Shown: positions 21,809-32,666 of the stretch, in pieces
Position numbering within the stretch: position 1 is the stretch's first letter
How the letters are laid out: each line of letters begins with the position of its first letter
DNA from: an uncultured Actinomycetota bacterium
GTDB lineage: Bacteria; Actinomycetota; Actinomycetes; Mycobacteriales; Mycobacteriaceae
NCBI GenBank assembly: GCA_963775205.1
Contig: CAVZHV010000002.1
Coordinates: 1,174,608 to 1,238,607 of the forward strand
DNA length: 64,000 nucleotides
Direction of reading: 5' to 3'
The notes under the pieces: model-generated
The model's database searches: none
The model's input: the letters and a program-made list of their open reading frames with translations, nothing else
Told to the model about the DNA's origin: nothing
Made by a program: the position numbers and the translations under genes

Positions 21809-24459
21809 ATGAGCCGACCTTCGCCGCCCGCGCTGACCGTTCGGACTGACGGATCGCAACGAACATTCGCCCCGGGCCACGACGTGGTCATCGGTCGCGA
21901 TCTGAGAGCCGACGTCCGCATCGCGCATCCGCTGGTGTCGCGCGCCCATGTGGTGTTGCGCTTCGACAACGGCCGCTGGATGGCGATCGACAACGGCAGC
22001 CTCAACGGCATGTTCGTCGAGCACCGCCGAGTGCCCACGGTGGACATCCGCGACGGGCAGACCATCAACATCGGCAACCCGGACGGCCCGCGACTGACGT
22101 TCGAGGTCGGCCGCCATCAGGGCGCAGTCGGGCGGCCGCCGCAGACCACGGCCGTGCCGTTGCCCGCGGGCGCGGAGGCGACATGGAAGGGTGCGCAGCC
22201 GCAATCCGCTGCGCGAGCCCCGGCGGCCTACCCGCCCAGCACGTCGCAGCCGCAGCAATATCCGCCGGGGCCGCCGAGCGGCCCGCAGATCCGGCAACCG
22301 AGCGGGCCCCGTCCGCCCAGTGCACCGCTGCCGGCGTCGCGGCCGCCGTCGCGACCCGCCCAACCGGTCTCGCGGCCCCCATCCGCGCCGCCACCCCCTT
22401 CGCAGCCGAACTTCCAGGCCACCCAGATCGGGCCCGCCGCCCAGCCCACCGAGGCCGCCGGGCAGAACCTCGCGACGAGCATGATCAAGATCCTGCGCGG
22501 CGGGGGCCCTGCAGCCGCGCCGGCCGGGGCGATCACCATCGGCCGCGCCACCGACAACGACATCGTGATACCCGACGTGCTGGCGTCGCGTCATCACGCG
22601 ACGCTGGTGCCCACTCCGTCGGGCACTGAGATCCGCGACGAGCGAAGCATCAACGGCACGTTCGTCAACGGCGGCCGCGTCGAGCGCGCGCTGCTGGGCG
22701 ACGGCGACACGGTCACGATCGGCAACATCGACCTGGTGTTCAGGGGTGGCACCCTGGTTCGCCGCACGGAAACCGAAGCCGACACGCGCACAGGCGGTTT
22801 GGAGGTTCACGGCATCACGTGGACCATCGAGGGCAACAAGACGCTGCTGGAAAACATCTCGATCGCGGCGCGTCCCGGCACGTTGACGGCGGTCATCGGG
22901 CCATCTGGGGCCGGCAAGTCCACGTTCGCCCGGCTGGTCGCCGGCTACACCCACCCGACAACCGGCACGGTCGCGTTCGAGGGCCACAACATCCACGCCG
23001 AATACGCCTCGCTGCGAAGCCGGATCGGGATGGTGCCGCAGGACGACGTGGTGCACGGCCAGCTCACCGTCAACCAGGCGCTGATGTACGCGGCCGAGTT
23101 GCGGCTGCCTCCGGACACCACTAAGGCGGACTGCGCCCAGGTCGTGGCACAGGTGCTAGAAGAACTCGAGATGACCCGGCAAGCCGATACCCGTGTCGAC
23201 AAGCTGTCGGGCGGCCAGCGCAAACGCGCGTCGGTGGCGCTGGAGCTGCTGACCGGGCCGTCGCTGCTCCTTCTCGACGAGCCGACATCCGGCCTGGACC
23301 CAGCGCTGGATCGTCAGGTCATGACAATGCTGCGCGACCTCGCCGACGCAGGCCGGGTGGTGCTGGTGGTGACGCACTCGCTGACCTATCTCGACGTCTG
23401 CGACCAAGTGTTGCTCCTGGCGCCCGGCGGAAAGACCGCGTTTTACGGATCCCCTAGCCAGATCGGCCCGAGATGGGAACCACGAACTGGGCGGATATCT
23501 TCAGCACGGTCGCCAGCGATCCCGACGCGGCCAACCGCCGGTTCCTCGAGAAGAACGGGCCGCCGCCCCCGCCGCCGCCTGTGGAGGCCCCCGCAGATCT
23601 TGGCAGTCCGACGCGAACCAGTCTGTTGCACCAGTTCTCGACGATCGCGCGACGCCAGGTGCGGTTGATCGTGGCGGACCGCGGCTACTTCATCTTCCTG
23701 ATGGTGCTGCCTTTCATCATGGGCGTGTTGTCGCTCTCAGTGCCGGGCGACCTTGGCTTCGGCAAACCCATACCTGCCATCCAGGGGGGTGCGACGCCGA
23801 ATGAACCGGGACAGATCCTGGTGCTGCTCAATGTCGGCGCCATCTTCATCGGCACCGCGCTCACGATCCGGACACTCATCGGCGAACGGGCAATCTTCCA
23901 TCGCGAGCAGGCCGTCGGGCTGTCCACGACGGCGTACTTGCTGGCGAAGATCGTCGTCTTCACCATGTTTGCGCTGGTGCAGTCAGCGATCGTCGTGGTT
24001 ATCGCGGTGCTGGGTAAAGGGTGGGGCGCGGGCGCCGTGGAAAGTGGCGTGCTACTCCCGCGATCTCTCGAGCTGTACGTGGATGTCGCGTTCACATGTG
24101 TGACCGCCGCGATGGTCGGGCTGGCACTGTCGGCGCTGGCCAAGTCGAACGAGCAGATCATGCCGCTGCTCGTGGTCGCTATCATGTCTCAGCTGGTGTT
24201 CTCCGGCGGCATGATCCCGGTGACGGGCCGCGTCGGACTCGACCAGTTGTCCTGGGTGACGCCCGCCCGCTGGGGTTTCGCCTCGACGGCGTCGACCATC
24301 GATCTGACGATGCTCGTTCCAGGTGGTCAGTTGGTACCGGACGATCGGCACTGGCATCACACGAAGCCGGCGTGGCTCTTCGACATGTTGATGCTCGCAG
24401 TTTTATGCGCCGGCTACACGGGATTCGTCCGGTGGAAGCTTCGCCTCAAGGGCGTATAG
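21809..24459 (+). CDS. FHA-domain ABC transporter (Rv1747-like), frameshift near 23470
   Basis: Two FHA domains (IGR..VSRAH..SLNG; IGRA..ASRHHA..SING), Pro-rich linker, GPSGAGKS, LSGGQ, then ABC-2 permease in the next frame. Confidence 0.88.
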
Positions 24460-24549
24460 CGGTAGTTCCCTTCGCGGACGTCTCTTCGTGGTTTAATCCG
24501 GCGACGCCTTTCAGACCATGTGAGGCCTGGACGCCAGGGAGATCGCCTG

Positions 24550-25236
24550 ATGAAAAAGCCCGTTGCAACCATTGGTGTCGCGCTCGCCGCCATCTCGCTG
24601 GGCCTCGGACTCGTCGGTTGCGGCAAAGACTCGAAGTCGGACGACAAGACGACGACGTCCACCTCGACGTCGACGACGACCACGACGACCACGACGACGA
24701 CCACGTCCGCGCAGCCGTCGTCGTTCGAGTCGTTCGACGACTACCTGAAGGCCAACAACATCGGCGAGACCATCGTCCACCACGACACACCGGGCGCACC
24801 CGTGGTCGACCTGCCGGTGCCCGCCGGCTGGAGCCAGCTTCCCGAGAGCGAGGACGCCCCCTACGGCGGCATCGTCCTCGACGCTCCGGCCGACCCCAAC
24901 GACCCCACCAATTTCAGAGCGCTGCTGGAGAAGCTGAGCGGAAACTTCAACACCGACGAGCTGCTGGCCGCGTCGGTCAGCGATCTTCGGAGCCAGCAGA
25001 ATTTCGACGGTGGCGAGGGCCAGAAGAGCACGCTCGGCGGCTTTCCCGCGTACCAGGTCCTCGGCTCCTACACCAAGGACGGTGCGCAGCGGATCGGCGC
25101 CCAGAAGACGGTGATCATCGAGGGTAAGGACGGCATGTATCTGCTCGCACTCATCGCTCGCGGCCCTGAGGCCGACGCCGATGCGATCAGGCAAGCGACC
25201 GCCGTCATCGACGAAAAGACCACCATCACACCATGA
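24550..25236 (+). CDS. LpqN/LpqT family lipoprotein
   Basis: Lipobox LVGC, Thr tract, VDLPVPAGW, AQKTVII. Confidence 0.82.
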   Translation: MKKPVATIGVALAAISLGLGLVGCGKDSKSDDKTTTSTSTSTTTTTTTTTTTSAQPSSFESFDDYLKANNIGETIVHHDTPGAPVVDLPVPAGWSQLPESEDAPYGGIVLDAPADPNDPTNFRALLEKLSGNFNTDELLAASVSDLRSQQNFDGGEGQKSTLGGFPAYQVLGSYTKDGAQRIGAQKTVIIEGKDGMYLLALIARGPEADADAIRQATAVIDEKTTITP

Positions 25237-25247
25237 CCGGCAGGAAC

Positions 25248-25933
25248 ATGACGAAATCATCGGCAGTGGGCCTCGCGGTCCTCGCCCTGACGCTGGGCGT
25301 CGGCCTCACCGGGTGCGGTTCGGACTCCAAGTCGGAGAAGACGTCGACGTCGACCTCGACATCCACCTCGACATCCACATCCAGTGCGGCACCGACCACC
25401 TCCGCACAGGCATCCGGTCCCAACGAGACCATCGCCGACTACATCAAGCAGAACAACATCCAGGAATCGACGGTCACCCACAGCACACCGGGTGCACCGA
25501 AGATCGACCTGCCCGTTCCCGAGGGCTGGTCGCAAATTCCCGAAAACCCTGACGCGCCGTACGGCGGCATCGTCTTCGACGCGCCGGCCGCACCGAACGA
25601 CCCGCCGAAGGTCCTCGCGATCCTCTCGAGGCTCATCGGCGACGTCGACACCGACAAACTCCTCTCCTACGCACCGGGCGAGATCAAGAACCTCCCCGGC
25701 TTCGACGGCGGCGACGGCGAAAAGGACTCGCTGAGCGGCTTTCCCGCGTACCAGGTCGGCGGCATGTACACCAAGGACGGCGTGACCCGGCTGTCGCCCA
25801 GAAGACCGTGGTGATCCAGGGCAACGACGCCATCTACGTGTTGCAGCTCAACGCCGAAGGGCCAGAGGCCGACTCGAACGCACTGCTGGATGCGACGAGT
25901 GCGATCGACGAGAAGACCACGATCACGCCCTGA
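25248..25933 (+). CDS. LpqN/LpqT family lipoprotein (tandem paralog), frameshift near 25793
   Basis: Lipobox LTGC, TSTSTS tract, TIADYIKQNNI, IDLPVPEGW; C-terminus VAQKTVVIQG...IDEKTTITP in shifted frame. Confidence 0.8.
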
Positions 25934-25939
25934 CGGACG

Positions 25940-26518
25940 CTACCGGCGCGCCGGTGTCAACTGCGCCAGCGCATACTCCGCTATCGCGATCAGCGCCTGC
26001 TTCGCCGAATCGCGTTGCCGCGCATCGACGTTGATCACCGGCACACCCGCAGGCAGCGAAAGTGCCTTGCGCACTTCGTCTGCCGGATAACGCGGTGCGC
26101 CATCGAACTCGTTGACGGCGATGAGGAACGGCAGCCCGCGCGCCTCGAAGAAGTCCACGGGGGCGAAGCTGTCCTGGAGTCGCCGGACGTCGACGAGGAT
26201 GATCGCGCCGATCGCCCCGCGCACCAGGTCATCCCACATGAACCAGAACCGGCGCTGCCCCGGGGTGCCGAACAGGTAGAGAACGAGATCCTCGTCCCCC
26301 AGCGTGATCCGGCCGAAGTCCATCGCGACCGTGGTGGTCTTCTTGTCCGGCGTGCCCTCGAGTTCGTCGACACCGACGGATGCAGTCGTCATGATCGCCT
26401 CGGTGCGCAACGGCATGATCTCCGAGACGGCGCCGACGAAAGTTGTTTTCCCCGCGCCGAATCCACCGGCGATCACGATCTTGGTCGACGCGACAGGCTC
26501 AGAGCGTGCGGAGGCCAC
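25940..26518 (-). CDS. Conservon small GTPase (CvnD/Rv3362c-like)
   Basis: GGFGAGKTT, TTVAMDFG, FGTPGQRRFWFMWD. Confidence 0.92.
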   Translation of the reverse strand: MASARSEPVASTKIVIAGGFGAGKTTFVGAVSEIMPLRTEAIMTTASVGVDELEGTPDKKTTTVAMDFGRITLGDEDLVLYLFGTPGQRRFWFMWDDLVRGAIGAIILVDVRRLQDSFAPVDFFEARGLPFLIAVNEFDGAPRYPADEVRKALSLPAGVPVINVDARQRDSAKQALIAIAEYALAQLTPARR

Positions 26519-26855
26519 GCAGCGTCCTTCCGATCAGCTCGCGCCGATCCTCGACCGACGAGTCGTCGTCGAGGGTCATCAGCACTCGCACATGCCCAGT
26601 CTCCACCAGATCCCCCACCAGCACGCGCGCCACGCCGAGCGGCACGTCGAGCCGGGCGGCTATCTCCGCCACCGACGGGCGGGCGGCGCACAGCTTCACG
26701 ATCTCCCCTCGAACGTCATCGGGCGGCCAGTCGTCCTCACGGGCGGACTCGAGCGGTTCGATCGAGGCTTCCAACGGCAACGCGACGTTGGTGCTCGTCC
26801 GCCCGGCCGTCAGAGTGTACGGCCGCACCAGGTTCGGTTCACTGCTGGGTTCCAT
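26499..26855 (-). CDS. DUF742 protein (CvnC/Rv3363c-like)
   Basis: VRPYTLTAGRT, SVAEIAARLDVPLGVARVLVGDL. Confidence 0.9.
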   Translation of the reverse strand: MEPSSEPNLVRPYTLTAGRTSTNVALPLEASIEPLESAREDDWPPDDVRGEIVKLCAARPSVAEIAARLDVPLGVARVLVGDLVETGHVRVLMTLDDDSSVEDRRELIGRTLRGLRTL

Positions 26856-26862
26856 CCGCGCC

Positions 26863-27270
26863 TCAGGAGTGCTGGGGTGCGCGCCGACGCGATTTCACCA
26901 CGCCGCCAACACGTTCCACCATGATCGCCATCTCGTAGCCGACCTGGCCGATGTCGCAGGACGACGACGCCAGTGCCGCAAGATGCGACCCGTCGCCCAC
27001 TCGCATCAGCAGCAGGTACCCGTTTTCCATTTCGACCACCGACTGCAGCACCCGGCCGCCCTCGAACAGCTGCGCCGCCCCGGTCGACAGGCTCGCCAAT
27101 CCCGAACTGACGGCGGCCAGCTGTTCCGCGCGTTCGACCGGAAGGTGCTCGCTCGCGGCGACCAGCAGGCCGTCGGCCGACACCAGCACCGCATGCGCCA
27201 CCCCCGGGACGTCGCGGGCGAACGCCGACACCAACCAGTCCAGGGAGTTGTCCTGCGCCGGGCGAGTCAT
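26863..27270 (-). CDS. Roadblock/LC7 protein (CvnB/Rv3364c-like)
   Basis: LDWLV...[15 protein letters not shown]...[12 protein letters not shown]. Confidence 0.92.
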   Translation of the reverse strand: MTRPAQDNSLDWLVSAFARDVPGVAHAVLVSADGLLVAASEHLPVERAEQLAAVSSGLASLSTGAAQLFEGGRVLQSVVEMENGYLLLMRVGDGSHLAALASSSCDIGQVGYEMAIMVERVGGVVKSRRRAPQHS

Positions 27271-29786
27271 GCTTGCTGCTCCGGCTGCTCCGGCTGGTCC
27301 TCACGGGCGTGGGTGCGCCCGGCCCGCACCCCGCTCCAGTGGCTGGACAGCGACGCACGGACGGCGTCCGGGTCGCGTCGTTGCTCGGTGGGCGTTGTGA
27401 CGTCGTCGTCGGGCTTCCGGTGCGCGGCGCCGTTGGGCGGGCCACCGGGTGCCGACTCGGCGGACCCGGGCACCAGCCGCGCGCCGGGCTCGCGCACCGG
27501 CAGGCCCGCCTCGGTGTGCTGCTCGACCGGCACTTCCTCGGCCTGGGCGGCGGCCTCCCAGCCGCTGTCCCACACCGACTCCCACGACTGGAACGGCTGC
27601 ATCAGCTCCTGCGGGTCGATCAGCCACTCCGACACCATCTTCTGGAAGATCACGTCGGTGTCGCCGAGCGACGAGGACGGCGGCCGGGTCTTTGGCGGCT
27701 CTGCAGCCGCGGCTGGCGTCTCCTTCGGCGGCGCGCCGACGATCCCGCTGGCGCCCGGATCGCGGCGCGGCAGCGACGATTCCTCGTCGTGCTTGGTACC
27801 GTTGCGCTCCGGCTGTGCGAAAAGCGTTGCGCTGCTGGGCATCTCGAACGCGTGCGCCTCGCCTTCCGGGCGCGCGGCCCGGTCCTCGGGCGGCGGCCAG
27901 CCTGGCCGATCGATGAGCTCGGCGGGGACGAAGACCCCAGCGGTCATTCCGGACTGCGGCTCTCCCGCCACCGAACTGCGCAGCCGCACGACCAGCCCGT
28001 GCTGCGCGGCGAGCCGCCCCACCACGAACAGACCCATGTGCCGGGCGGTGTAGGGGGTGACCTCGCCGCCGGATTCCAGGCGCATGTTGGCCATCCGCAG
28101 ATCGCCCTCGGTCATGCCCAGACCGCTGTCGCTGACCTCGACCACAAGGCCGCGCGCGCCGGTGTGCACGGCGGACACCCGCACCTCCGAGCCGGGGGGC
28201 GAGTAGCGCAGCGCGTTGTCGATCAGCTCGGCGAGCAGGTGCACGACGTCCCCGGCCACCGATCCGACCACCGCGCTGTCGGTCACGGTGGCGGGCACGA
28301 CGCGTCGATAGTCCTCCACCTGGGATGCGGCCGCCTTGATGACGTCGGCGACGGGCAGGGGCTCGGACTGCTCGCGGTGCAGCTTCGCGCCCGACAGCAC
28401 CAGCAGGTTGGTGCCGGTGCGGCGCATCTGCGCGGCGAGGTGGTCGAGCCTGAACAGCGCATCGAGCCGTTGCGGGTCGTCCTCGTTGCGTTCGAGCTCG
28501 TCGATCAGCGCCAGCTGATGGTCGACCAGCGAGCGGCTGCGCCGCGACATCGTTTCGAACATGTCGCTGACGTGCAGCTGCAACCGCGACTGCTCGGCCG
28601 CCATCAACAGGGCCTGCTCGTGCAGGTCGTCGACGGCGTGGGCGACCTGGCCGATCTCCTCGGTGGTGTACACCGGTATCGGCGTAATCGACCCGGGCTC
28701 TTCGCCCGCGTTGATCCGCTGGACCTCGGCAGGCAGCTCCTCGTGCGCCGCCCGCAGCGCGCCCTCGCGCAGCCGGCGCAACGGCCGCACCAGCGACTGG
28801 GCTGCCAGCAGCACCACAAGCACCGCGACCAGCAGCGCCGCCACCACGATCACCAGGTCGCGGATGGCGGCATTGCGCGCCGACGACGCCTGCTCCGCGG
28901 TCGCCGCACCGATCGACGAGGTGGTGTCGCCGATCACCCTGTGGGCGATGTCGCCGGTCGCCTTCAGCGACGCGAGCAGGTCGGGATTGCCGACGAGGGT
29001 GGCGGCCGGATCCGAGATGATGGCAGCGCGGGCGAACATCTGGTCCTGCAGGGCCGTCATGTCCGAGGACTCCAGCGCCTGGTCGATACCAGACAGCGTG
29101 GCCGGCTCGGCACCGGCGAGCGCGCTCATCGACGTGCGGAGTTCGGGGTCGGCCAGTTCACCGCCGCGGATGACGAGCAGTTGCTGCATCGCCATCTGGC
29201 CGCGCAGGCCGACGGCATGGCTGAGAGCCTGAGCGTCGGTGCGGGTGGTCTCGTCGTCGACGCGCACCGACCCGACAATCGCGTCCTCGGCGGTCAGCAG
29301 AATCGGCGTGTACGTCGAAACGGTGTCGCGCAACCCGATGCTGTTCGACGTGACGCGGTCCAGCAGCGCGGGACCGCTGTTGAGCATGGTGGTGACGGCG
29401 GCGCGGACGTCCGGGTCGACGGGGGTGCCGGACAGTCTGTGCTCGAGTTCGGTGCGGGAGTCGTCGAACGCCTTACGCGCCACCGGGCCGTCTGTGCCCG
29501 ATGAATAGGCCAGCAGCGCGCTCTCCAGTGCGCCGGTGTACTCCGCGATCGGCCCCACCATGTCTGCTCGCTGCGCGGCGCTGCGCAGATCGCGCCAGTC
29601 GGTGAAGCTGTGGTAAGCGCGCAGTCCCCCGAACGCGGCCGCGATCGCAATCGGAATGACGACGATTGCGAGCACCTTCCAGGCAACCGGCCAATTCGAC
29701 GGTGACCACGACGACGGGCGTTTGGCCGGTGCGGGTGGATTGTCTTTCGTTTCTTCAGGCAGCACCGGCTGCTCGAACATGGTCAT
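27267..29786 (-). CDS. Conservon membrane sensor/HATPase (CvnA/Rv3365c-like)
   Basis: Two TM segments, [50 protein letters not shown]. Confidence 0.9.
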   Translation of the reverse strand: MTMFEQPVLPEETKDNPPAPAKRPSSWSPSNWPVAWKVLAIVVIPIAIAAAFGGLRAYHSFTDWRDLRSAAQRADMVGPIAEYTGALESALLAYSSGTDGPVARKAFDDSRTELEHRLSGTPVDPDVRAAVTTMLNSGPALLDRVTSNSIGLRDTVSTYTPILLTAEDAIVGSVRVDDETTRTDAQALSHAVGLRGQMAMQQLLVIRGGELADPELRTSMSALAGAEPATLSGIDQALESSDMTALQDQMFARAAIISDPAATLVGNPDLLASLKATGDIAHRVIGDTTSSIGAATAEQASSARNAAIRDLVIVVAALLVAVLVVLLAAQSLVRPLRRLREGALRAAHEELPAEVQRINAGEEPGSITPIPVYTTEEIGQVAHAVDDLHEQALLMAAEQSRLQLHVSDMFETMSRRSRSLVDHQLALIDELERNEDDPQRLDALFRLDHLAAQMRRTGTNLLVLSGAKLHREQSEPLPVADVIKAAASQVEDYRRVVPATVTDSAVVGSVAGDVVHLLAELIDNALRYSPPGSEVRVSAVHTGARGLVVEVSDSGLGMTEGDLRMANMRLESGGEVTPYTARHMGLFVVGRLAAQHGLVVRLRSSVAGEPQSGMTAGVFVPAELIDRPGWPPPEDRAARPEGEAHAFEMPSSATLFAQPERNGTKHDEESSLPRRDPGASGIVGAPPKETPAAAAEPPKTRPPSSSLGDTDVIFQKMVSEWLIDPQELMQPFQSWESVWDSGWEAAAQAEEVPVEQHTEAGLPVREPGARLVPGSAESAPGGPPNGAAHRKPDDDVTTPTEQRRDPDAVRASLSSHWSGVRAGRTHAREDQPEQPEQQA

Positions 29787-30104
29787 CGCTGAGCGCTCTT
29801 GCGATTTCGAATGTGCGCCTGGTTCATGGACTTTCCTGCTTTTGTCGACCCGACGTCGGACGGCACGGTAACCGCCTGGCAATCCGACGAGTATGCCAGC
29901 CGTCGCCCGTGGCCACCATCGATTCTCACTGAACAGACGGAGTTCGCAGACGTCGCGCCGCGTCGCCGAAATTCTACGTGGGCAAATATGTTGTTTGCTA
30001 TTCGCGTTACTGCCCAACCGCGCGGTGAAGGCTTTCGTTTGTTTTGCCCAGCGGCGGGCAAATTGGTGCATTTGAGTGTGTTCGCGCCGGGTGACAATAC
30101 GATC

Positions 30105-30410
30105 GTGGACCGAACCATCAACGTCGCCGCGCGCGGCCTCAGCCTTTACGCCGCCAACTGCGCTCGTCACAGCGCCACCGTCATTGAGACGGCGGCTTCA
30201 CCCCCACCGGTTCCGTCCAGCTTTGCTCAGGCCACGGCGCTCGCTGTCGGCGAGATTCACACTGCGGTCACCGCCCGTGCGAGCGCGCTCGGCGAACGCA
30301 TCGCCGCCACCGCGGGCGCGGCCCTCGGCTCCGCGCAGCTCTACACCGACACGGAGGTCGCCAACACCGCGAAGGTGACCGTCGATTCGATCGTCGGTGC
30401 GATCGACTGA
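30105..30410 (+). CDS. Small Ala-rich helical protein with C-terminal YxxxE (type VII secretion partner-like)
   Basis: About 101 aa, LYTDTE motif near C-terminus; TGATG overlap with next gene; start uncertain. Confidence 0.6.
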   Translation: MDRTINVAARGLSLYAANCARHSATVIETAASPPPVPSSFAQATALAVGEIHTAVTARASALGERIAATAGAALGSAQLYTDTEVANTAKVTVDSIVGAID

Positions 30411-31261
30411 TGATCACCCTGTCGCAGGTACGCAGCTGGGACACCACCCATCTGCACGCCGCGGCCACGCACTGGAACTCCGTGGCCGCGGATTGGGAGC
30501 AGTCGTTCGATGCGGTGCACAACGAATCGTTCGCGCCGGGCGGCACCAACTGGGCCGGCGAGGGTGCGGAGGCGGCTCAACAGCAGACCGCAGTCGACCG
30601 CAAAGACGCCCTGCGATCCGTGGACACCCTGCGCGTCACCGCAACGATCGCCCGCGACGGCGCCGACGAAATCCACTCCGCCAAACTCAGCGTGCTCGAC
30701 GCCGTTGCGAGCGCACAACGCGACGGATTCGTTGTCGGAGAAGACTTTTCGGTTACCGACCCGCGGAGCTATCCGCCCCCGGTCGCGGCAGAAAGACAGG
30801 TGCAGGCTGCACGCCACAGCTCTAACATCACGGGCCGTGTGCAAACTCTGGCTGCCACCGACCAGCGGGTGGCCGGCCAGATGAGCGAAGGCGTCTTCGC
30901 GGCCGACTTCCCGCTCGACCGCGGGCCCCAACCGCTGGAACCCGCGCCTGCCGTCCCGCCCAGTCCTACCCCGCCGGTGACCGGCGAACCCATCAAGTTG
31001 CCGCCGCCCAGTGGCCCACCACCGGTCGCGGTAATCGACGCGAACCTGCCTGCGTCGGCGCCGGACCAACCAGTCGACCTCTTCCCCAGATGCGACGGCG
31101 GCGAAGTGTTCTGGGGCTTCGGCAAGGTCGTGGTGGGAGGCCTCGGGATCGTCGGCGGCGCCGTGGCCGAGCCGTTCACGTTCGGCGCCGGAACGATACC
31201 GATCATCGCGGGTGCGGCAACGCTCGCCGAAGGCGAATACGATCTGAGCCAATGCAAGTGA
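30410..31261 (+). CDS. WXG100-like type VII substrate, putative polymorphic toxin
   Basis: TLSQVRSWD, WAG motif, GFVVGEDFSVTD, Pro-rich linker, hydrophobic Gly-rich C-terminus. Confidence 0.7.
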   Translation: MITLSQVRSWDTTHLHAAATHWNSVAADWEQSFDAVHNESFAPGGTNWAGEGAEAAQQQTAVDRKDALRSVDTLRVTATIARDGADEIHSAKLSVLDAVASAQRDGFVVGEDFSVTDPRSYPPPVAAERQVQAARHSSNITGRVQTLAATDQRVAGQMSEGVFAADFPLDRGPQPLEPAPAVPPSPTPPVTGEPIKLPPPSGPPPVAVIDANLPASAPDQPVDLFPRCDGGEVFWGFGKVVVGGLGIVGGAVAEPFTFGAGTIPIIAGAATLAEGEYDLSQCK

Positions 31262-31527
31262 GTGCCACGACGATCGTGCTGGGCGCAGCCGCGCTTGGCG
31301 CGATCTTCGCGCTGGTCATCGGCCGGGTGCGGGCACCAGCCAGTGGAGTCTCCCGGCGTTCGCACATCCTCAGCGCGAGCGCGACGCTGCTGATCGCGGT
31401 GGTCTGCTTCGTCGAAGCCGCCATCAGCCCTGACGAACGCTATGTGCTCATCGGCATCGGATCAGTGCTCGTGGTGACGGCAGCGGTGGTGCTGATCGAC
31501 CTCCGCAAACACCCCACCCGTAGCTGA
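31258..31527 (+). CDS. Small 3-TM membrane protein, putative immunity protein
   Basis: GTGA overlap with upstream stop; three hydrophobic segments in 89 aa. Confidence 0.6.
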   Translation: MSATTIVLGAAALGAIFALVIGRVRAPASGVSRRSHILSASATLLIAVVCFVEAAISPDERYVLIGIGSVLVVTAAVVLIDLRKHPTRS

Positions 31528-31549
31528 CCAGTCGATCGAAACAACTGCC

Positions 31550-32014
31550 GTGTACAAGGTGATGTTCCACTCCCCTCGGATAGCACCCAACACGGGCAAT
31601 GCAATTCGCATGGTCGCGGCGACCGGCTGCGAGTTGCATCTGGTCGAACCCCTCGGGTTCGACCTGTCCGAACCGAAGCTTCGCCGGGCGGGCCTCGACT
31701 ACCACGACCTCGCGTCCGTCACGGTGCACTCGTCGCTGGCGGCGGCGTGGGATGCGGTGCTGCCGGCACGGGTCATCGCGTTCACCGCTCACGCGGACAG
31801 GTCATTTGCCGACGTTTCGTACGAGCCGGGTGACGTGCTGCTGTTCGGGCCCGAGCCGACGGGACTGGACGCGGAGACGCTGGCCGGCCCGCACGTCACC
31901 ACTGCGGTGCGGATTCCGATGATTGCCGGCCGTCGCTCACTCAACCTGTCCAACGCCGCCGCCGTGGCGGTGTACGAGGCGTGGCGCCAGCACGGGTTCG
32001 TCGGCGCGGTGTGA
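31550..32014 (+). CDS. trmL: tRNA (cytidine(34)-2'-O)-methyltransferase (SpoU family)
   Basis: PRIAPNTGNAIR, LRRAGLDYHD, FGPEPTGL, RSLNLSNAAAV. Confidence 0.93.
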   Translation: MYKVMFHSPRIAPNTGNAIRMVAATGCELHLVEPLGFDLSEPKLRRAGLDYHDLASVTVHSSLAAAWDAVLPARVIAFTAHADRSFADVSYEPGDVLLFGPEPTGLDAETLAGPHVTTAVRIPMIAGRRSLNLSNAAAVAVYEAWRQHGFVGAV

Positions 32015-32015
32015 C

Positions 32016-32615
32016 CTACCTGGCTGTGGCGCTTGCGCGCAGGCAGAGCCACGCAGCATCGGCGAGGACTTTTGCGTCCGCATCGCTTGGAGGGCTCGGG
32101 ATCACGCCCAGAAGCCACGCGCGGACCAGCTCCTGAGCGGGTCCCAGCCACAGTGCTTGGCTCTGCGCCGGCGTCAGCGGCCGCAAGATTCCGTAGTGTG
32201 CATGCGGCCTCCACCACGCCCTCAGCGTCGAGGCGAAACGGACATTGAGGTCTTTCAGTTCGGGCTCCGCCGCTGCCAGCACAGCCGGCTCAGTCATCGT
32301 GACCAGGTAGCGAGCCATCTGCGGGTGGTCTGTGCACCAGCACAGGTGCATGTGCACGATTCCGCGCACTGCCGCCTCCGCGTCGTCATGGCGGTCGAGT
32401 TCTTCCAGGAACACCCGCTGATAGCGGGCTGCGCAGTCCGCGTACACAGCGCCGGCCAGCGCTTCTTTGGTGGGGAAATGGTGAAAGACGCTGCCATTGC
32501 TGGCGTGGGCGTCGCGCTGGATCTCCTTCAGCGTGGTGCCGGTAACACCTTGGGTGACGAACCGCTTCAGGGCCGCGTTGATGATCGCCTCGCGGCGGTG
32601 GGTCACCTTGCGCAC
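32016..32615 (-). CDS. TetR/AcrR family regulator
   Basis: REAIINAALKRF...TTLKEI...SNGSVFHHFPTKEAL. Confidence 0.9.
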   Translation of the reverse strand: MRKVTHRREAIINAALKRFVTQGVTGTTLKEIQRDAHASNGSVFHHFPTKEALAGAVYADCAARYQRVFLEELDRHDDAEAAVRGIVHMHLCWCTDHPQMARYLVTMTEPAVLAAAEPELKDLNVRFASTLRAWWRPHAHYGILRPLTPAQSQALWLGPAQELVRAWLLGVIPSPPSDADAKVLADAAWLCLRASATAR

Positions 32616-32619
32616 GGTG

Positions 32620-32657
32620 CTAGAGTAGCACTCTAGTTCATAAGGGTATCACTCTAG
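32620..32657. promoter_or_regulatory. Two tandem TetR-type operator sites
   Basis: CTAGAGT-agc-ACTCTAG (32620-36) and a degenerate copy TAAGGGT-atc-ACTCTAG (32641-57) between divergent tetR and SnoaL genes. Confidence 0.7.
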
Positions 32658-32666
32658 GGAGTTGTC

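Noticed and set aside
23455-23480. Programmed frameshift between the ABC ATPase and permease halves
   Set aside because: No slippery heptamer; a single missing G restores IGPEMGTT, like the other indels in the window
25940-29786. Sensor-roadblock-DUF742-GTPase operon as a novel signalling system
   Set aside because: It is the known actinobacterial conservon (Rv3362c-Rv3365c type)
29787-30170. 128-aa N-terminal extension of the conservon sensor and the overlapping 29799 start of the YxxxE gene
   Set aside because: AT-richer promoter-like DNA between divergent genes; better starts at 29786 and 30105
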